64,000 nucleotides of DNA from an uncultured delta proteobacterium. Its GTDB lineage: Bacteria > Myxococcota_A > Polyangia > Palsa-1104. Positions 1 to 11,978 of the stretch are shown here, piece by piece. A model generated the notes under the pieces. It saw only the letters and a program-made list of their open reading frames with translations. It made no database searches and had not been told where the DNA came from. The translations under genes and the position numbers were made by a program. Location: NCBI GenBank assembly GCA_963785725.1, contig CAWAWS010000007.1, positions 352,001 through 416,000 on the forward strand, given 5' to 3'. Every line of letters starts with the position of its first letter. Position 1 is the stretch's first letter.

Positions 1-22
1 ACAGAATTTCTTTGGCGGCCAT
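1..22 (-). CDS. groEL: Chaperonin GroEL, first 7 codons only (runs off the window)
   Basis: Minus strand ATG GCC GCC AAA GAA ATT CTG = MAAKEIL directly after groES, with AAGGAG SD at 37-32. Confidence 0.85.
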
Positions 23-35
23 GTTGAATGACTCC

Positions 36-326
36 TTACTTCTCGATGACCGCGAGGATGTCGTCTTCGCGCAGGATGATGTGGTCGTCGCCGTCGAGCT
101 TCACTTCGGAGCCCGAGTACTTGCCGAAGAGGACCTTGTCGCCGGCCTTGACGTCGAGCGGACGGAGCTTGCCGTCGTCGCCGATCTTGCCGTTGCCGAC
201 GGCGATGACCTTCGCCTCGAGCGGCTTCTCTTTGGCGCTGTCGGGGATGAAGAGGCCGCCGGCGGTCTTCTCTTCTTCCTGAACGCGCTTGGCCAGGATG
301 CGATCGTGCAGCGGTCGAATGGTCAT
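36..326 (-). CDS. groES: Co-chaperonin GroES
   Basis: [11 protein letters not shown]...[15 protein letters not shown]...[11 protein letters not shown] signature. Confidence 0.98.
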   Translation of the reverse strand: MTIRPLHDRILAKRVQEEEKTAGGLFIPDSAKEKPLEAKVIAVGNGKIGDDGKLRPLDVKAGDKVLFGKYSGSEVKLDGDDHIILREDDILAVIEK

Positions 327-338
327 GGGATCCCTCCG

Positions 339-689
339 TCAGGCGGCCGGCTTATCGCTGCCGCTAGATTTGGTGGTGGCTGGTTCGCTGGACTTCGTCG
401 TCGATTCGGTGGACTTGGGAGCGGTTGCTGCGGCTTTGGCGTTCGATTCGTTGATGCTGCTCTGTACTTTTTCGGACCGATCGCTCGATTTCGGCTCGTT
501 CGCCTTCTTCGAGGAATACAGATCCTTGTACCAACCGGAGCCCTTGAGCTGAAACGACGTCGAGCTGATCAACCGCTCGAGCTTGGGCGCATGGCACACC
601 GGACACTCGACGAGCGCCGGATCTTTGATGCTGTGCGTCGCTTCCATTTCGTGCTCGCAGGCCTGACAGCGGTATTCGTACGTCGGCAT
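339..689 (-). CDS. FmdB-family zinc-ribbon protein with low-complexity tail
   Basis: MPTYEYRCQAC...CPVC...FQLKGSGWY motif; start at ATG 689. Confidence 0.9.
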   Translation of the reverse strand: MPTYEYRCQACEHEMEATHSIKDPALVECPVCHAPKLERLISSTSFQLKGSGWYKDLYSSKKANEPKSSDRSEKVQSSINESNAKAAATAPKSTESTTKSSEPATTKSSGSDKPAA

Positions 690-732
690 TCTTTCAACCT
701 CGTGGTGCGTCAGGGTAACCATGCCTGGCGGA

Positions 733-759
733 TTGTCAATCCCAGCAGGCGAGTGCTAA
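733..759 (-). promoter_or_regulatory. CIRCE-like (HrcA) operator overlapping a sigma70 -35 of the fmdB-groES-groEL operon
   Basis: Minus strand TTAGCACTC-N9-GATTGACAA (one perfect arm, one 6/9 arm); TTGACA 739-734 and TACCCT 717-712. Confidence 0.7.
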
Positions 760-939
760 AAAATCGAAAATTACACAATTGCTACAAATACATGCGATTG
801 CAGGCTTGTGTAACAGTTGGGCACATTTTTGGCCAATTCGTGGCCGTCGTTTCGGCGCTCGGCCGCTCACCATTGGTCGAGCCATTCGACGCGTTCTCGA
901 CGAGTGACACCTCGCCGAGCGCGTGCTATCGCACTGAAC

Positions 940-1647
940 ATGAGTCGTGCGCCGCTGACGGACTACGAGAAATACATCCGCACCGATGAGCTGTTGGCGC
1001 TGCAAAAGCCCGAGGATCAGCTCAGCTGCCACGACGAGATGCAGTTTCAGGTCGTGCATCAAGTGGCCGAGCTGTGGATGAAGCTGTGCGAGCACGAGCT
1101 GACCTTCGCCGCCGCGCGCATGAAAGAGAACGCCGTGGCGCGCGCGATGCGGGCGCTGGCGCGCGTGCGCGGCATTCAGGTGCTGCTGATGGACCAGCTG
1201 GCGCTGCTCGACACGATGGCGCCGCGCGACTACATGACCATCCGTAACGCGCTCGGTCGCGGCTCGGGGCAGGAGTCGCCGGGGTTTCGCCGCATGCTGC
1301 AGCTGCCGGAAGAGGTGTGGCCGGCGTTCGCGCAGCTGCTGGAGGCGCGCGGCGTGACGCTGCGGCAGATCTACGAGGCGCCCGACTCGCAGCCGGAGCT
1401 GTTCAACCTCGCCGAAGGGCTCATCGACTACGATCAGAGCCTGCAAGCGTGGCGGATGCGCCATCTGCTCATCGTCTATCGCCAGATCGGCGCGGGGACG
1501 CCGTCGCTGAAGGGCAAGGCGTCGGACCTGCTCGCCGAAGGGCTGAAGCATCGCTTCTTCCCGAAGCTGTGGGACGTCCGCGACGAGCTGTTCGCCGAAT
1601 GGACGCGCACACACCCATATGGCGCCGAGAAGGGCTACCACGGCTGA
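940..1647 (+). CDS. kynA: Tryptophan 2,3-dioxygenase family
   Basis: DYEKYIRTDELLALQ, HDEMQFQVVHQVAELWMK and GRGSGQESPGFR motifs. Confidence 0.9.
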   Translation: MSRAPLTDYEKYIRTDELLALQKPEDQLSCHDEMQFQVVHQVAELWMKLCEHELTFAAARMKENAVARAMRALARVRGIQVLLMDQLALLDTMAPRDYMTIRNALGRGSGQESPGFRRMLQLPEEVWPAFAQLLEARGVTLRQIYEAPDSQPELFNLAEGLIDYDQSLQAWRMRHLLIVYRQIGAGTPSLKGKASDLLAEGLKHRFFPKLWDVRDELFAEWTRTHPYGAEKGYHG

Positions 1648-1675
1648 CCGATCCGTGATAGCGCTGAGCGCGACC

Positions 1676-2824
1676 ATGACGGACGATCTCCTCCGCTGGC
1701 GCGCCGAATTTCCCGCGCTCGAACGTTCGGTGTACATGGTCTCGCATTCGCTCGGCGCGATGCCCAAACGCGCTTACGAGCATCTGCGAGGCTTCGCCGA
1801 TCTGTGGGTCAACAAGGGCATCAACGCGTGGGATGATTGGATCCCCGAGGTCGAGCGCGCGGGCGAGCGCATCGGCCGCATCATCGGCGCGCCCGCCGGC
1901 ACCGTGGCGATGGCGACGAACGTGTCGCAGATTCAGGCGCTCGTCGCCAGTTGCCTCGACTACACGCCCGCGCGCAACAAGATCGTCTTCACGGCGCTCA
2001 ATTTCCCGACGGTGAGCTACGTCTGGCACGAGGAGCGGCGGCGCGGCGCCGACGTCGTGGTCGTGCCCGGCGGCGACGGCGTGCACGCGCCGATGGACGC
2101 GCTCTTGGCGGCGATCGACGAACGCACGCTGATGGTGCCGATCTCGCACGTGCTCTTCCGCTCGTCGGCGATCAAAGACGTGGCCGCGGTCGTCAAGCGC
2201 TGTCAGGAAGTGGGCGCGCTGGTGATGCTCGATTGCTATCAGTCGACGGGCACGGTGCCGCTCGACGTGACGGCGCTGGGCGTCGATTTCGCGTGCGGCG
2301 GCTCGGTCAAGTGGCTGTGCGGCGGCCCGGGCGCGGCCTACTTGTACGTGCGGCCCGATCGGATTCCGCAGTTCGCGCCGCGCAACACCGGCTGGTTCGG
2401 CAACGTCAAGCCGTTCGCGTTCACGATGCCGGAGCAGACCTACGCGCCCAATATTTGGCGTTATATGGCGGGGACGCCGGCGATCGTCGCGCTCTATCAA
2501 GCGCGCGCGGGCGCCGAGATCGTGGCCGAGATCGGCGTCGCCAACATTCGCAAGAAGTCGCTCAGGCAGACGGCGCGCGTGCTGGCGAAGTGCGACGAGC
2601 GCGGCTGGAAGGTGAACACGCCGCGCGCCGAAAACGAGCGCGGCGGCAGCGTCTGCTTCGACTTCGCGGGCAGCGACCAGGTCGCGCGCGGCTTGAATGC
2701 GAGCGGCTTTTTGTGCGACTGGCGCCCGCAATCGGGCATCCGAATGTCGCCCCATTTTTACACCAGCGACGACGAGGTCGAGCGCTTCCTCGACGAAGTC
2801 GCGCGTCTGCAAGGCACCACGTGA
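1676..2824 (+). CDS. kynU: Kynureninase (PLP class V)
   Basis: SHSLGAMP, DCYQSTG, GGSVKWLCGGPG; adjacent to TDO. Confidence 0.88.
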   Translation: MTDDLLRWRAEFPALERSVYMVSHSLGAMPKRAYEHLRGFADLWVNKGINAWDDWIPEVERAGERIGRIIGAPAGTVAMATNVSQIQALVASCLDYTPARNKIVFTALNFPTVSYVWHEERRRGADVVVVPGGDGVHAPMDALLAAIDERTLMVPISHVLFRSSAIKDVAAVVKRCQEVGALVMLDCYQSTGTVPLDVTALGVDFACGGSVKWLCGGPGAAYLYVRPDRIPQFAPRNTGWFGNVKPFAFTMPEQTYAPNIWRYMAGTPAIVALYQARAGAEIVAEIGVANIRKKSLRQTARVLAKCDERGWKVNTPRAENERGGSVCFDFAGSDQVARGLNASGFLCDWRPQSGIRMSPHFYTSDDEVERFLDEVARLQGTT

Positions 2825-2834
2825 GGAACGAACG

Positions 2835-3230
2835 ATGAATACGCCCATCAATCCGCGCGAGCTCGGCACACCGCGCGGCTACTCCAACGGCATGCTGGCG
2901 CCGCCCGGACGCATGCTCGCCATCGCCGGTCAGATCGGTTGGGACGGCACGGGCAAGCTCGTGTCCGACGACTTCGCGCAGCAGTTCAACCGCGCGCTCG
3001 GCAACGTCTTGGCCGTCTTGCACGAGGCCGGCGGCGTGCCCAGCGATTTGATCACGCTGCGCATTTACGTCGTGGATAAGCAGCGTTATTTGGCGCAAAC
3101 GAAGGAGATCGGCGCGATCTATCGCGAGCTCATGGGGACGCATTATCCGGCGATGGCGCTGCTGCAAGTGGCCGATCTGCTCGAGCCGGGCGCGCAGGTC
3201 GAGATCGAAGGGTTGGCGGTGATCTCCTGA
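2835..3230 (+). CDS. RidA/YjgF family protein
   Basis: PRGYSNG, IAGQIGWD, YPAMALLQV, VEIEGLAV. Confidence 0.9.
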   Translation: MNTPINPRELGTPRGYSNGMLAPPGRMLAIAGQIGWDGTGKLVSDDFAQQFNRALGNVLAVLHEAGGVPSDLITLRIYVVDKQRYLAQTKEIGAIYRELMGTHYPAMALLQVADLLEPGAQVEIEGLAVIS

Positions 3231-4024
3231 TCGCGCCCAAGAGCTTCCGTTATGCCGTCGAGGATCATATTGCGACGATCACGCTCGATCGGCCGGAGAC
3301 GCTCAATTCGCTGACGTTCGAGGTCTACGCCGAGCTGCGCGACTGTTTCCGCGCGCTCGAGAACGAAGCCGAGGTGCACGCCATCGTCATCACCGGCGCC
3401 GGGCGCGGCTTCTGCAGCGGCGGCAGCGTCAACGACATCATCGGCCCCTTGTTCGCCATGTCCGCCGTCGAGCGCATGGCGTTCACGCGCATGACGGGCG
3501 ATCTCATCGGCGCCATTCGTCAGCTGCGTAAGCCGGTGGTCGCGGCCATCAACGGCGTCGCGGCGGGCGCGGGCGCGGTCATCGCGCTGGCGTGCGACTT
3601 CCGCGTCATGTCGGAGAAGGCGAAAATAGCGTTCCTGTTCGTCAAGGTCGGGTTGGCGGGCGCGGATATGGGCGCGGCCTGGCTGTTGCCGCAAGTGGTC
3701 GGCTTGGCGCGCGCGACCGAGATCTTGATGCTCGGCGATCCGGTCGTCGCCGCCGACGCGCTGCGCATCGGTTTGGCCAATCGCGTCGTCGCGCCGGAGC
3801 AGGTGGTGACCGAAGCGCGCGGGCTGGCCGAGCGGCTGGCGCGCGGGCCGCGGTTTGCGCTCGGGATGACGAAGGAGATGTTGAACCGCGAGCCGCAGCT
3901 GACGCTGGAGGCGGCGTTGGAAGCGGAAGCGCAGGCGCAGCAGATCTGCATGGCGACCGAGGATTTCCGCGAGGCGTACGAGGCGTTCACGGGCAAGCGC
4001 GAGCCGAAGTTTACCGGGAAGTAG
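3227..4024 (+). CDS. Enoyl-CoA hydratase family protein (probable CTG start at 3227)
   Basis: ITGAGRGFCSGG, KPVVAAINGVAAGAG; the conserved N-terminal ATITLDRPETLNSL lies in frame upstream of the tracked GTG at 3374. Confidence 0.88.
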   Translation: MIAPKSFRYAVEDHIATITLDRPETLNSLTFEVYAELRDCFRALENEAEVHAIVITGAGRGFCSGGSVNDIIGPLFAMSAVERMAFTRMTGDLIGAIRQLRKPVVAAINGVAAGAGAVIALACDFRVMSEKAKIAFLFVKVGLAGADMGAAWLLPQVVGLARATEILMLGDPVVAADALRIGLANRVVAPEQVVTEARGLAERLARGPRFALGMTKEMLNREPQLTLEAALEAEAQAQQICMATEDFREAYEAFTGKREPKFTGK

Positions 4025-4243
4025 CCCGTCGCCGCGCGAGGCGTGCGCCGAGTGCAATCGAGCGAGCGTTCTTGTGGCGCACGGCGAGGACGCAACTTTT
4101 GGACGGGAACGGCGATAAAGGGGAGGGTGGTCGGGGGAATTCCATCGAGCCCACCATCCTCCGGACCTGTAGAGCGCGCGCCTCTCGGTATCCATGTGTC
4201 GAAGTCGTCGGTAAACGCAATCCATGAGCAACGGAGCGGGACG

Positions 4244-5356
4244 ATGATCGGCTTCCTCGAAGAGCGGCACATCGCGTTGCGCTATCGCGCGCAGGCTTGG
4301 GTCGACGCGGCCGGGCTGGAGAATGACCACGATCCGGCCGAGCTCGTCGCGCGGCTGGCGCGTCACGAGCTCTTGCGCGCCTGCGTGCCGGCGGCGTACG
4401 GCGGCCTGCGCGAGCGCGTCGAATTGCGCGACTTGTGCGTGCTGCGCGCGGTCATCGGCTATCGATCGTCGCTCGCCGACACGATGTTCGCCATGCAGGG
4501 CCTCGGCAGCTATCCGGTGACGCTGGCTGGCACCGAAGCGCAGAAGCAGGCGCTCTTGCCGTCGGTGGCGAATGGTCAAACCATTTGCGCGTTCGCGATC
4601 ACCGAGCCGGAAGCGGGCAGCGACGTGTCGAGCGTCAGCACGCGCGCGGTCCGCGACGGCGATGGCTACGTCATCGACGGCGTCAAATGCTTCATCAGCA
4701 ACGCCGGGCTCGCGCACTCGTACGTGCTGTTCGCGCGCACGTCGGACGATCGGCATCGCGGCCTCACGGCGTTCCTCGTCGACGGCAAAGCCAATGGTTT
4801 AACCATTACGCCGACCGAGCTCATCGCGCCGCATCCCATCGGCACGGTGACGTTGCGCGGCGTGCGCGTGCCGGCGTCGGCGCGCGTGGGCGAGGAGGGC
4901 CAAGGCTTTCAGCTGGCGATGGCGACGCTCGATTTCTTCCGCACGTCGGTGGGCGCGGCGGCGTTGGGCATGGCGGCGCGCGCGCTCGACGAAGCCAAGG
5001 CGCGCGTCAAGGCGCGGCGGCAGTTCGGCAAGGCCCTGAGCGAGTTTCAGGGCACGCAGATCGCGCTCGCCGACATGGCCGTCGACGTCGCGGCGTCGCG
5101 GCTGTTGGTGTTCTCGGCGGCGCAGCGCATCGACGGCGCCGATCAGCCGGGCAGCGTCGACGCGGCGATGGCCAAGCTGTACGCGACGGAGGCGGCGCAG
5201 CGCGTCGTCGATCGCGCCGTGCAGCTATTCGGCGGGCAAGGCGTGGTGGCCGGCTGTATCGTCGAGCGGCTCTATCGGGAAGTGCGCGCGCTCAGAATTT
5301 ACGAGGGCACGAGCGAGATCCAAAAGCTCGTCATCGCCAAGGCGCTGCTGCGCTGA
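4244..5356 (+). CDS. Acyl-CoA dehydrogenase
   Basis: [33 protein letters not shown]. Confidence 0.95.
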   Translation: MIGFLEERHIALRYRAQAWVDAAGLENDHDPAELVARLARHELLRACVPAAYGGLRERVELRDLCVLRAVIGYRSSLADTMFAMQGLGSYPVTLAGTEAQKQALLPSVANGQTICAFAITEPEAGSDVSSVSTRAVRDGDGYVIDGVKCFISNAGLAHSYVLFARTSDDRHRGLTAFLVDGKANGLTITPTELIAPHPIGTVTLRGVRVPASARVGEEGQGFQLAMATLDFFRTSVGAAALGMAARALDEAKARVKARRQFGKALSEFQGTQIALADMAVDVAASRLLVFSAAQRIDGADQPGSVDAAMAKLYATEAAQRVVDRAVQLFGGQGVVAGCIVERLYREVRALRIYEGTSEIQKLVIAKALLR

Positions 5357-5496
5357 AACGCGCGGTCCACGGGCATTTACGCGACAGTCGACACGCGGCG
5401 GGCGCGCAGGGCGGGCGCGCGCATCGGGCGACTGCGCTCGGCAGCGTGCTCGTCGGGGCGTCCGACGCGACATTCGACGGCATGCATCATCGCTGG

Positions 5497-5680
5497 TTCG
5501 GCGCGGAATGCGACGGCGTGCACTATCGCGCGGTCGGCGCAGAATGTGACGGCATGCGCCATCGCGTGTTCGGCGCGGAATGCGACGGCATGCGCGATGG
5601 CGCGTTCGGCGCGGAATGCGACGGCATGCGCGATGGCGCGTTCGGCGCGGAATGCGACGGCATGCGCGATGGCGCGTTCG
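5497..5680. repeat. 36-bp tandem repeat, ~5 copies
   Basis: Unit TTCGGCGCGGAATGCGACGGCATGCGCGATGGCGCG at 5497, 5533, 5569, 5605, 5641. Confidence 0.9.
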
Positions 5681-5820
5681 ACGAGCAAGCGACGGCCTAT
5701 TTGCTGCTCGGCTCGGTCGCGCATCCGACGGGGGCGTTCGATAGCGCTGTCGCGCTGCGCGGATCGCGATAAATTACAGCTCGCGGCGCTGACGCGTTCG
5801 CAAAGGGAATGGTTCAACCA

Positions 5821-6186
5821 ATGCCGCATTACGAGAAGCACGTCTTCATCTGCACCAACGAGCGCGACAAAGACAACCCGAAGGGCGACTGCGCGCGCCG
5901 CGGCTCCGACGACATTCGCGACGCGTTCAAGAAGGGCATTCACGAGCGCGGCTTGAAGGGGCGCATGCGTGCCAACGCGGCCGGCTGCCTCGACCAGTGC
6001 GCGTTCGGGCCCACCGTCGTCGTCTATCCCGAGCAGGTTTGGTACTCGGTGCCGACGCGCGCGGACGCCGAGGAGATCATCGAGAAGCACTTGGTCGGCG
6101 GTGTTCCCGTCGAGCGGCTGCTGTTGCGCACGAACAAGGACAAAGAGCAGGACAAAGCCGGCAAGGAAGGCAAAGAGCCCAAATGA
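5821..6186 (+). CDS. Thioredoxin-like [2Fe-2S] ferredoxin
   Basis: HVFICTNER...C...AGCLDQCAFGPTVVVYPEQVWY. Confidence 0.92.
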   Translation: MPHYEKHVFICTNERDKDNPKGDCARRGSDDIRDAFKKGIHERGLKGRMRANAAGCLDQCAFGPTVVVYPEQVWYSVPTRADAEEIIEKHLVGGVPVERLLLRTNKDKEQDKAGKEGKEPK

Positions 6187-6437
6187 AGAAGCCGCAAATT
6201 CTCGTCGGTGTGGCCGGGCTGGCGCTCGGTCTGTTGCTCGGCGGCGCGTTCATCGGTCGCGCGCATGCGCAGCAGCCGGGCGCACGCTTTCAGTACATGT
6301 GCCAGACGAAGCTGAACAAAATCTGGACCCCCGAAGCGCAAGCCAGGCTCAACGAGCTGGGAAGCCAGGGCTGGCAGCTCTTGCCCACGCGCAGCCCAAT
6401 GAACGAGGACGTCTATTGCTACGAGCGTCGCTTCTGA
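6183..6437 (+). CDS. Small secreted hypothetical protein
   Basis: ATGA overlap with the ferredoxin stop, signal peptide ending AHA, LNELGSQGWQL motif. Confidence 0.75.
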   Translation: MKKPQILVGVAGLALGLLLGGAFIGRAHAQQPGARFQYMCQTKLNKIWTPEAQARLNELGSQGWQLLPTRSPMNEDVYCYERRF

Positions 6438-6485
6438 ATGGTTTAACCAATCTTCGGATTGGTTAAACCACTCGTCGCTGCCGTC

Positions 6486-7961
<1,476 letters not shown>

Positions 7962-7978
7962 AGGGAATGGTTAAACCA

Positions 7979-9520
7979 ATGACAACGCCAAGTGAGACGA
8001 CGTTTCAGCCGCAATTCCCCGAGCAGTTCAACATGGCGCGCTACTTCCTCGACGCGCGGATCGAAGAGGGGCGCGGCGATCACGTCGCCATCATCGACGA
8101 CAGCGGGCAGTACACCTATCGCCAGGTGCAAGCGATGGCGAATCAGGTGGGCAACGCGCTGACGGCGATGGGCGTGGGCGTCGAAGATCGCGTGCTCATC
8201 GGGCTCTTCGACAGCGTCGAGTTCGCGGCGGCGTTCTTCGGCATCTTGAAGATCGGCGCCGTCGTGACGATGGTGAATCCCGAGCTGCCCGACGGCGATT
8301 ATCAGCACTACCTCGACTACACGCGGGCGCGCGCGCTCATCGGCGACATTGGTTTGACCAATCGCATTGCGCCCATGATCGAGAGCTCGAAGCTGTTGCG
8401 CGGCGTCTTGAGCGCCGGCGGAAATTGGGCGGCGAAGGTCGGCGGCGCGTCGACGGAGCTCGTGAACTTCGACAGCTCCAAGGACGATCCGTCGGTGTGG
8501 CTGTTCACGTCGGGATCGACGGGGAAACCGAAGGGCGCCGTGCATCTGCAGCATGATTTTGCGTACAACACCGAGTGCTACGCCAAGCCGGTGCTGAAGA
8601 TGCGCGCCGACGACGTGACGCTCGGCGTGCCCAAGCTGTTCTTCGGCTACGCGACGGGCAGCGACTTGATGTTCCCGTTTGCCGTCGGTGCGACGGCCGT
8701 GTTGTTTCGCGAGCGGGCGACGCCGGAGAAGGTGCTCGAGCTGTGCGCCAAGCACCAGGTCACGGTGCTGACGAGCGTGCCGACGATGATCAACAAGATG
8801 GTGCAGGCGGTGGGCGGCAAGCGTTCGCTGGCGCCGTTGCGCGCGGTGATTTCGGCGGGTGAGGCGCTGCCGGCCGAGCTCTATCACCGCTGGATGGAGA
8901 CGTTCGGCGTCGAGATCCTCGACGGTATCGGGTCCGCCGAGCTGTTCCATATTTACATCACGAATCGACCGGGCGAGGCCAAGCCGGGGTCGCTCGGGCG
9001 CATCGTGCCCGGCTACGAGGCGAAGATCGTCGGCGCCGACGGCAACGTCGTCCCCGACGGTGAAATCGGCACGCTGTGGGTCAAGGGCGACTCGGCGGCG
9101 ATCTGCTATTGGCAGGCGCACGAGAAGTCCAAAGAGGTGTTGCGCGGCGATTGGGTCGTGTCGGGAGACCTGTTTCGGCGCGACGGTGAGGGCTACTATT
9201 ATTATGCCGGCCGCGCCGACGACATGCTGAAAGTGGGCGGCATTTGGGTGTCGCCGCTGGAGGTGGAGTCGTGTTTGCTGCGGCATCCGAACGTGCTGGA
9301 GGCGGCGGTCGTCGGCTACGAGGATGACGACGGGCTGGTGAAGTCGTTGGCGTTCGTGGTTCTGCGGGATGCGACGGCGTCGGACGAGCTGGCGCGCGGG
9401 ATTATCGAGCACGCCAAGAGTCAGCTCGTGCATTACAAGGCGCCGCGGAAGGTGGAGTTCGTGGCGGCGCTGCCGCGGAGTGACCGGGGGAAGATCCTGC
9501 GGCGCGAGCTGCGGACGTGA
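7979..9520 (+). CDS. Benzoate/anthranilate-CoA ligase family
   Basis: FTSGSTGKPKGAVH, KLFFGYATG, LDGIGSAE, GRADDMLKVGGIWVSP; start could also be 7967. Confidence 0.92.
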   Translation: MTTPSETTFQPQFPEQFNMARYFLDARIEEGRGDHVAIIDDSGQYTYRQVQAMANQVGNALTAMGVGVEDRVLIGLFDSVEFAAAFFGILKIGAVVTMVNPELPDGDYQHYLDYTRARALIGDIGLTNRIAPMIESSKLLRGVLSAGGNWAAKVGGASTELVNFDSSKDDPSVWLFTSGSTGKPKGAVHLQHDFAYNTECYAKPVLKMRADDVTLGVPKLFFGYATGSDLMFPFAVGATAVLFRERATPEKVLELCAKHQVTVLTSVPTMINKMVQAVGGKRSLAPLRAVISAGEALPAELYHRWMETFGVEILDGIGSAELFHIYITNRPGEAKPGSLGRIVPGYEAKIVGADGNVVPDGEIGTLWVKGDSAAICYWQAHEKSKEVLRGDWVVSGDLFRRDGEGYYYYAGRADDMLKVGGIWVSPLEVESCLLRHPNVLEAAVVGYEDDDGLVKSLAFVVLRDATASDELARGIIEHAKSQLVHYKAPRKVEFVAALPRSDRGKILRRELRT

Positions 9521-10017
9521 CGGCGGCGGGCGCGGGGTTCGCGGCGGGCGCGGGGTTCGCGCGAGGCGCTCGGGGCGCGACGTTGGCGGCGGATGAGGCG
9601 ACGTGCGCGATGTTCGCAACAGGCGAGACGACGTGCGCGATATTCGCGGCGGCTGGCGCGATGTTCGCGACATGCGAGGCTCGGGGCGCGACGTTGGCGG
9701 CGGATGAGGCGACGTGCGCGATGTTGGCGGCAGGCGAAATGACGCGCGCGATATCCGCGGCGGCTACGGCCATGGGCATGTTGTTCGCGGCTGGCGAAAC
9801 AACGAGCGCGACGTTCGCGATGTTCGCGTCCCGGCAACCGACGGTCGCGATGGTCGCGGCAGGGGAGTTCGCGCGAGGCGGCGCGGCCGTCATGTTGGGC
9901 GCGGAGCAGGCGCTCGAAGGCGCGTCGGCGACGCGCGCCGACGGTGCGTTCGCGAGGCGCGCGACCGCGCAATGCGCGTCGGCGACGCGCGCGACCACCG
10001 CTCGAGCCGACGCGTGA
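9517..10017 (+). other. Ala/Thr-rich repetitive ORF filling the operon gap; coding status uncertain
   Basis: GTGA overlaps with both neighbours; internal duplication ARGATLAADEATCAM. Confidence 0.35.
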
Positions 10018-10772
10018 GGCGCCTCGGCGAGCTGACCTGGCCCGAAGCCGAAGCCCTGCGCGCGCGCGAGCCGATCATGCTCGTGCCGATCGGCTCCACC
10101 GAGGCGCACGGCCCGCACTTGCCGCTGGCCACCGACACTATCTTGTCCGACGAGCTGGCGCTGCGCGCCGCCGCTGCGCTCGAAGCCGACGGATACGCCG
10201 CCGTCATCGCGCCCGCGCTCGCCTACGCCATCACCGACTATGCCGGCGATTTCCCGGGCACGATCTCGCTGACCGCTGCGACCGCCGTCGCAGTTTTATC
10301 GGACATCTGCAGCTCGCTCATCGGTCGCGGCTGGCGTCGCGTCTGCCTCGTCAACAGCCACCTCGAGCCGGCGCACGTGACGTCGCTGAAGGACGCTTGC
10401 GCGCAGGCGTTCGCGCGCACCGGCGTCAACGTCGCGTTCGCCGATCAGCTCGATCGGCGCTGGGCGCGCACGCTGACCGACGAGTTCAAGCGCGGCGCCT
10501 GCCACGCGGGAAGCTACGAGACGTCGCTGGTGCTGGCGGCGCGACCGGAGCTCGTACGCGACGAGCTGCGCCGCGGATTAGTGGTTAAACCAATCGACCT
10601 GGCCAAGGCGATGCGCGAAGGCAAGCGGACGTTCATCGAGGCCGGCGCCGACCAGGCGTACTTCGGCGACCCGGCGGGCGCTACGGTTGAAGAGGGCAAC
10701 GACATCTACGCGCGGCTGGTGGTCATGGTCGTCGAGACCGTGCGCGCCGCGTGGCCAATCGAGAATGGTTAA
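10014..10772 (+). CDS. Creatininase-family amidohydrolase
   Basis: LTWPE...VPIGSTEAHGPHLPLATD, FPGTIS, HAGSYETS. Confidence 0.92.
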   Translation: MRRLGELTWPEAEALRAREPIMLVPIGSTEAHGPHLPLATDTILSDELALRAAAALEADGYAAVIAPALAYAITDYAGDFPGTISLTAATAVAVLSDICSSLIGRGWRRVCLVNSHLEPAHVTSLKDACAQAFARTGVNVAFADQLDRRWARTLTDEFKRGACHAGSYETSLVLAARPELVRDELRRGLVVKPIDLAKAMREGKRTFIEAGADQAYFGDPAGATVEEGNDIYARLVVMVVETVRAAWPIENG

Positions 10773-11412
10773 ACCAATTTCGAAATTGGTTTAACCATTC
10801 AGTGGGCGTTCGCGCGACCGACTTCGGAAGCGATCCACGTCGAGCGACGAAATCGATGCGCGAGCCTGCTTCCTCCACGTTCAATCGACGATGGGTGAAG
10901 TCGAGGTCGACGCGCCCGAGATGGGTCGGATAGTTCGTCTCGGCGTATCGACCTGTCTCGGCGTATCGATCGGACTCAACACGCCGATTCGGTATCGGCT
11001 GGGAACGCCAGACGGTGGGAACGCCGACGGAATGCCGAGACGGGTCGGCACGTCATGAGAGACATGCGGCGAGGCGGGGCTTTAAGTTTCAGCCGGGGCC
11101 GGCGCGACGGACCGATTCGGTGTGGCGAGACAGCCGAATTCGGTGCGGGCAGATTCGACGCAACCAACTCATCGGCGCTACCAACTCATCGGCACGTTGA
11201 CACCGATCGGGCAGCCGTAATGGAGTCCGTGCGCCGAGACTGATTCGTGCGGCGAAGTCGAGTCTCGCGCCGCTCCGCCGCGACTCTGCCCGCTCCGATG
11301 GAGCCGAGAGCCAGAGCGCGCCTGACGATGAGAATGCCGTCGCCGCGCTGAGCATAATGGTTAAACCAGTCCTGGAATTGGTTTAACCATTCGGCGGGCG
11401 TTCCCGCCAGCG

Positions 11413-11796
11413 CTACTTGCCTTCGGCGCTGCTTCCCTGCGCGGCCGCCATCTGCGGCGAATCCGTCACCGGACGGCGGTGCCAGTGCGGAACGTGGAAC
11501 TGCCACGCGTGCCCGTCGTAGACGTACTGCGCGCGCACGTACTCGTAGCCCGACTTGCCGGTCACCCAGCGACCGTCTCGCCACACGTGGTGACCGTCGA
11601 TGAAATCCCAGTAACCGGCGACCCAGATCGATCCCGGCGACGGGCAGGGCGTCTTCACTTCCGACTTCGGCTCGGGCGGCTGGTTCGGCACTTCGACGAC
11701 GAGCGTCGGCGTTGTAGAAGACGTCTGCGTCGTTACGGCGGCGCAGCCGAAAGCGGAGAGCGAGAGGCAAAGAGCGATGGAGCGCGTGATGTTCAT
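11413..11796 (-). CDS. Lipoprotein with YXWGXW-type repeats
   Basis: Lipobox AFGC; PSPGSIWVAGYW, HVWRDGRW, FHVPHW. Confidence 0.8.
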   Translation of the reverse strand: MNITRSIALCLSLSAFGCAAVTTQTSSTTPTLVVEVPNQPPEPKSEVKTPCPSPGSIWVAGYWDFIDGHHVWRDGRWVTGKSGYEYVRAQYVYDGHAWQFHVPHWHRRPVTDSPQMAAAQGSSAEGK

Positions 11797-11978
11797 GCGT
11801 GCGAGCTAGAGCAGAAGCCGTGCCACGAGTCGCGCGAGCGCTGCGTCAATCAACCCGCACGCTTGCATGGGACTGCGCCGACCAGATCGGGAAGTACACA
11901 CCCACCTACTGGGGTAAGTAGCCACCATCATTGGGAAACCGGAGTAGCTAAGCTTACGTTAGATGCAAGCGGGTGGGG

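Noticed and set aside
12..989. Long antisense or shadow ORFs throughout (e.g. 12-989, 6024-7958, 48109-50253)
   Set aside because: They overlap well-supported genes and are expected in high-GC DNA
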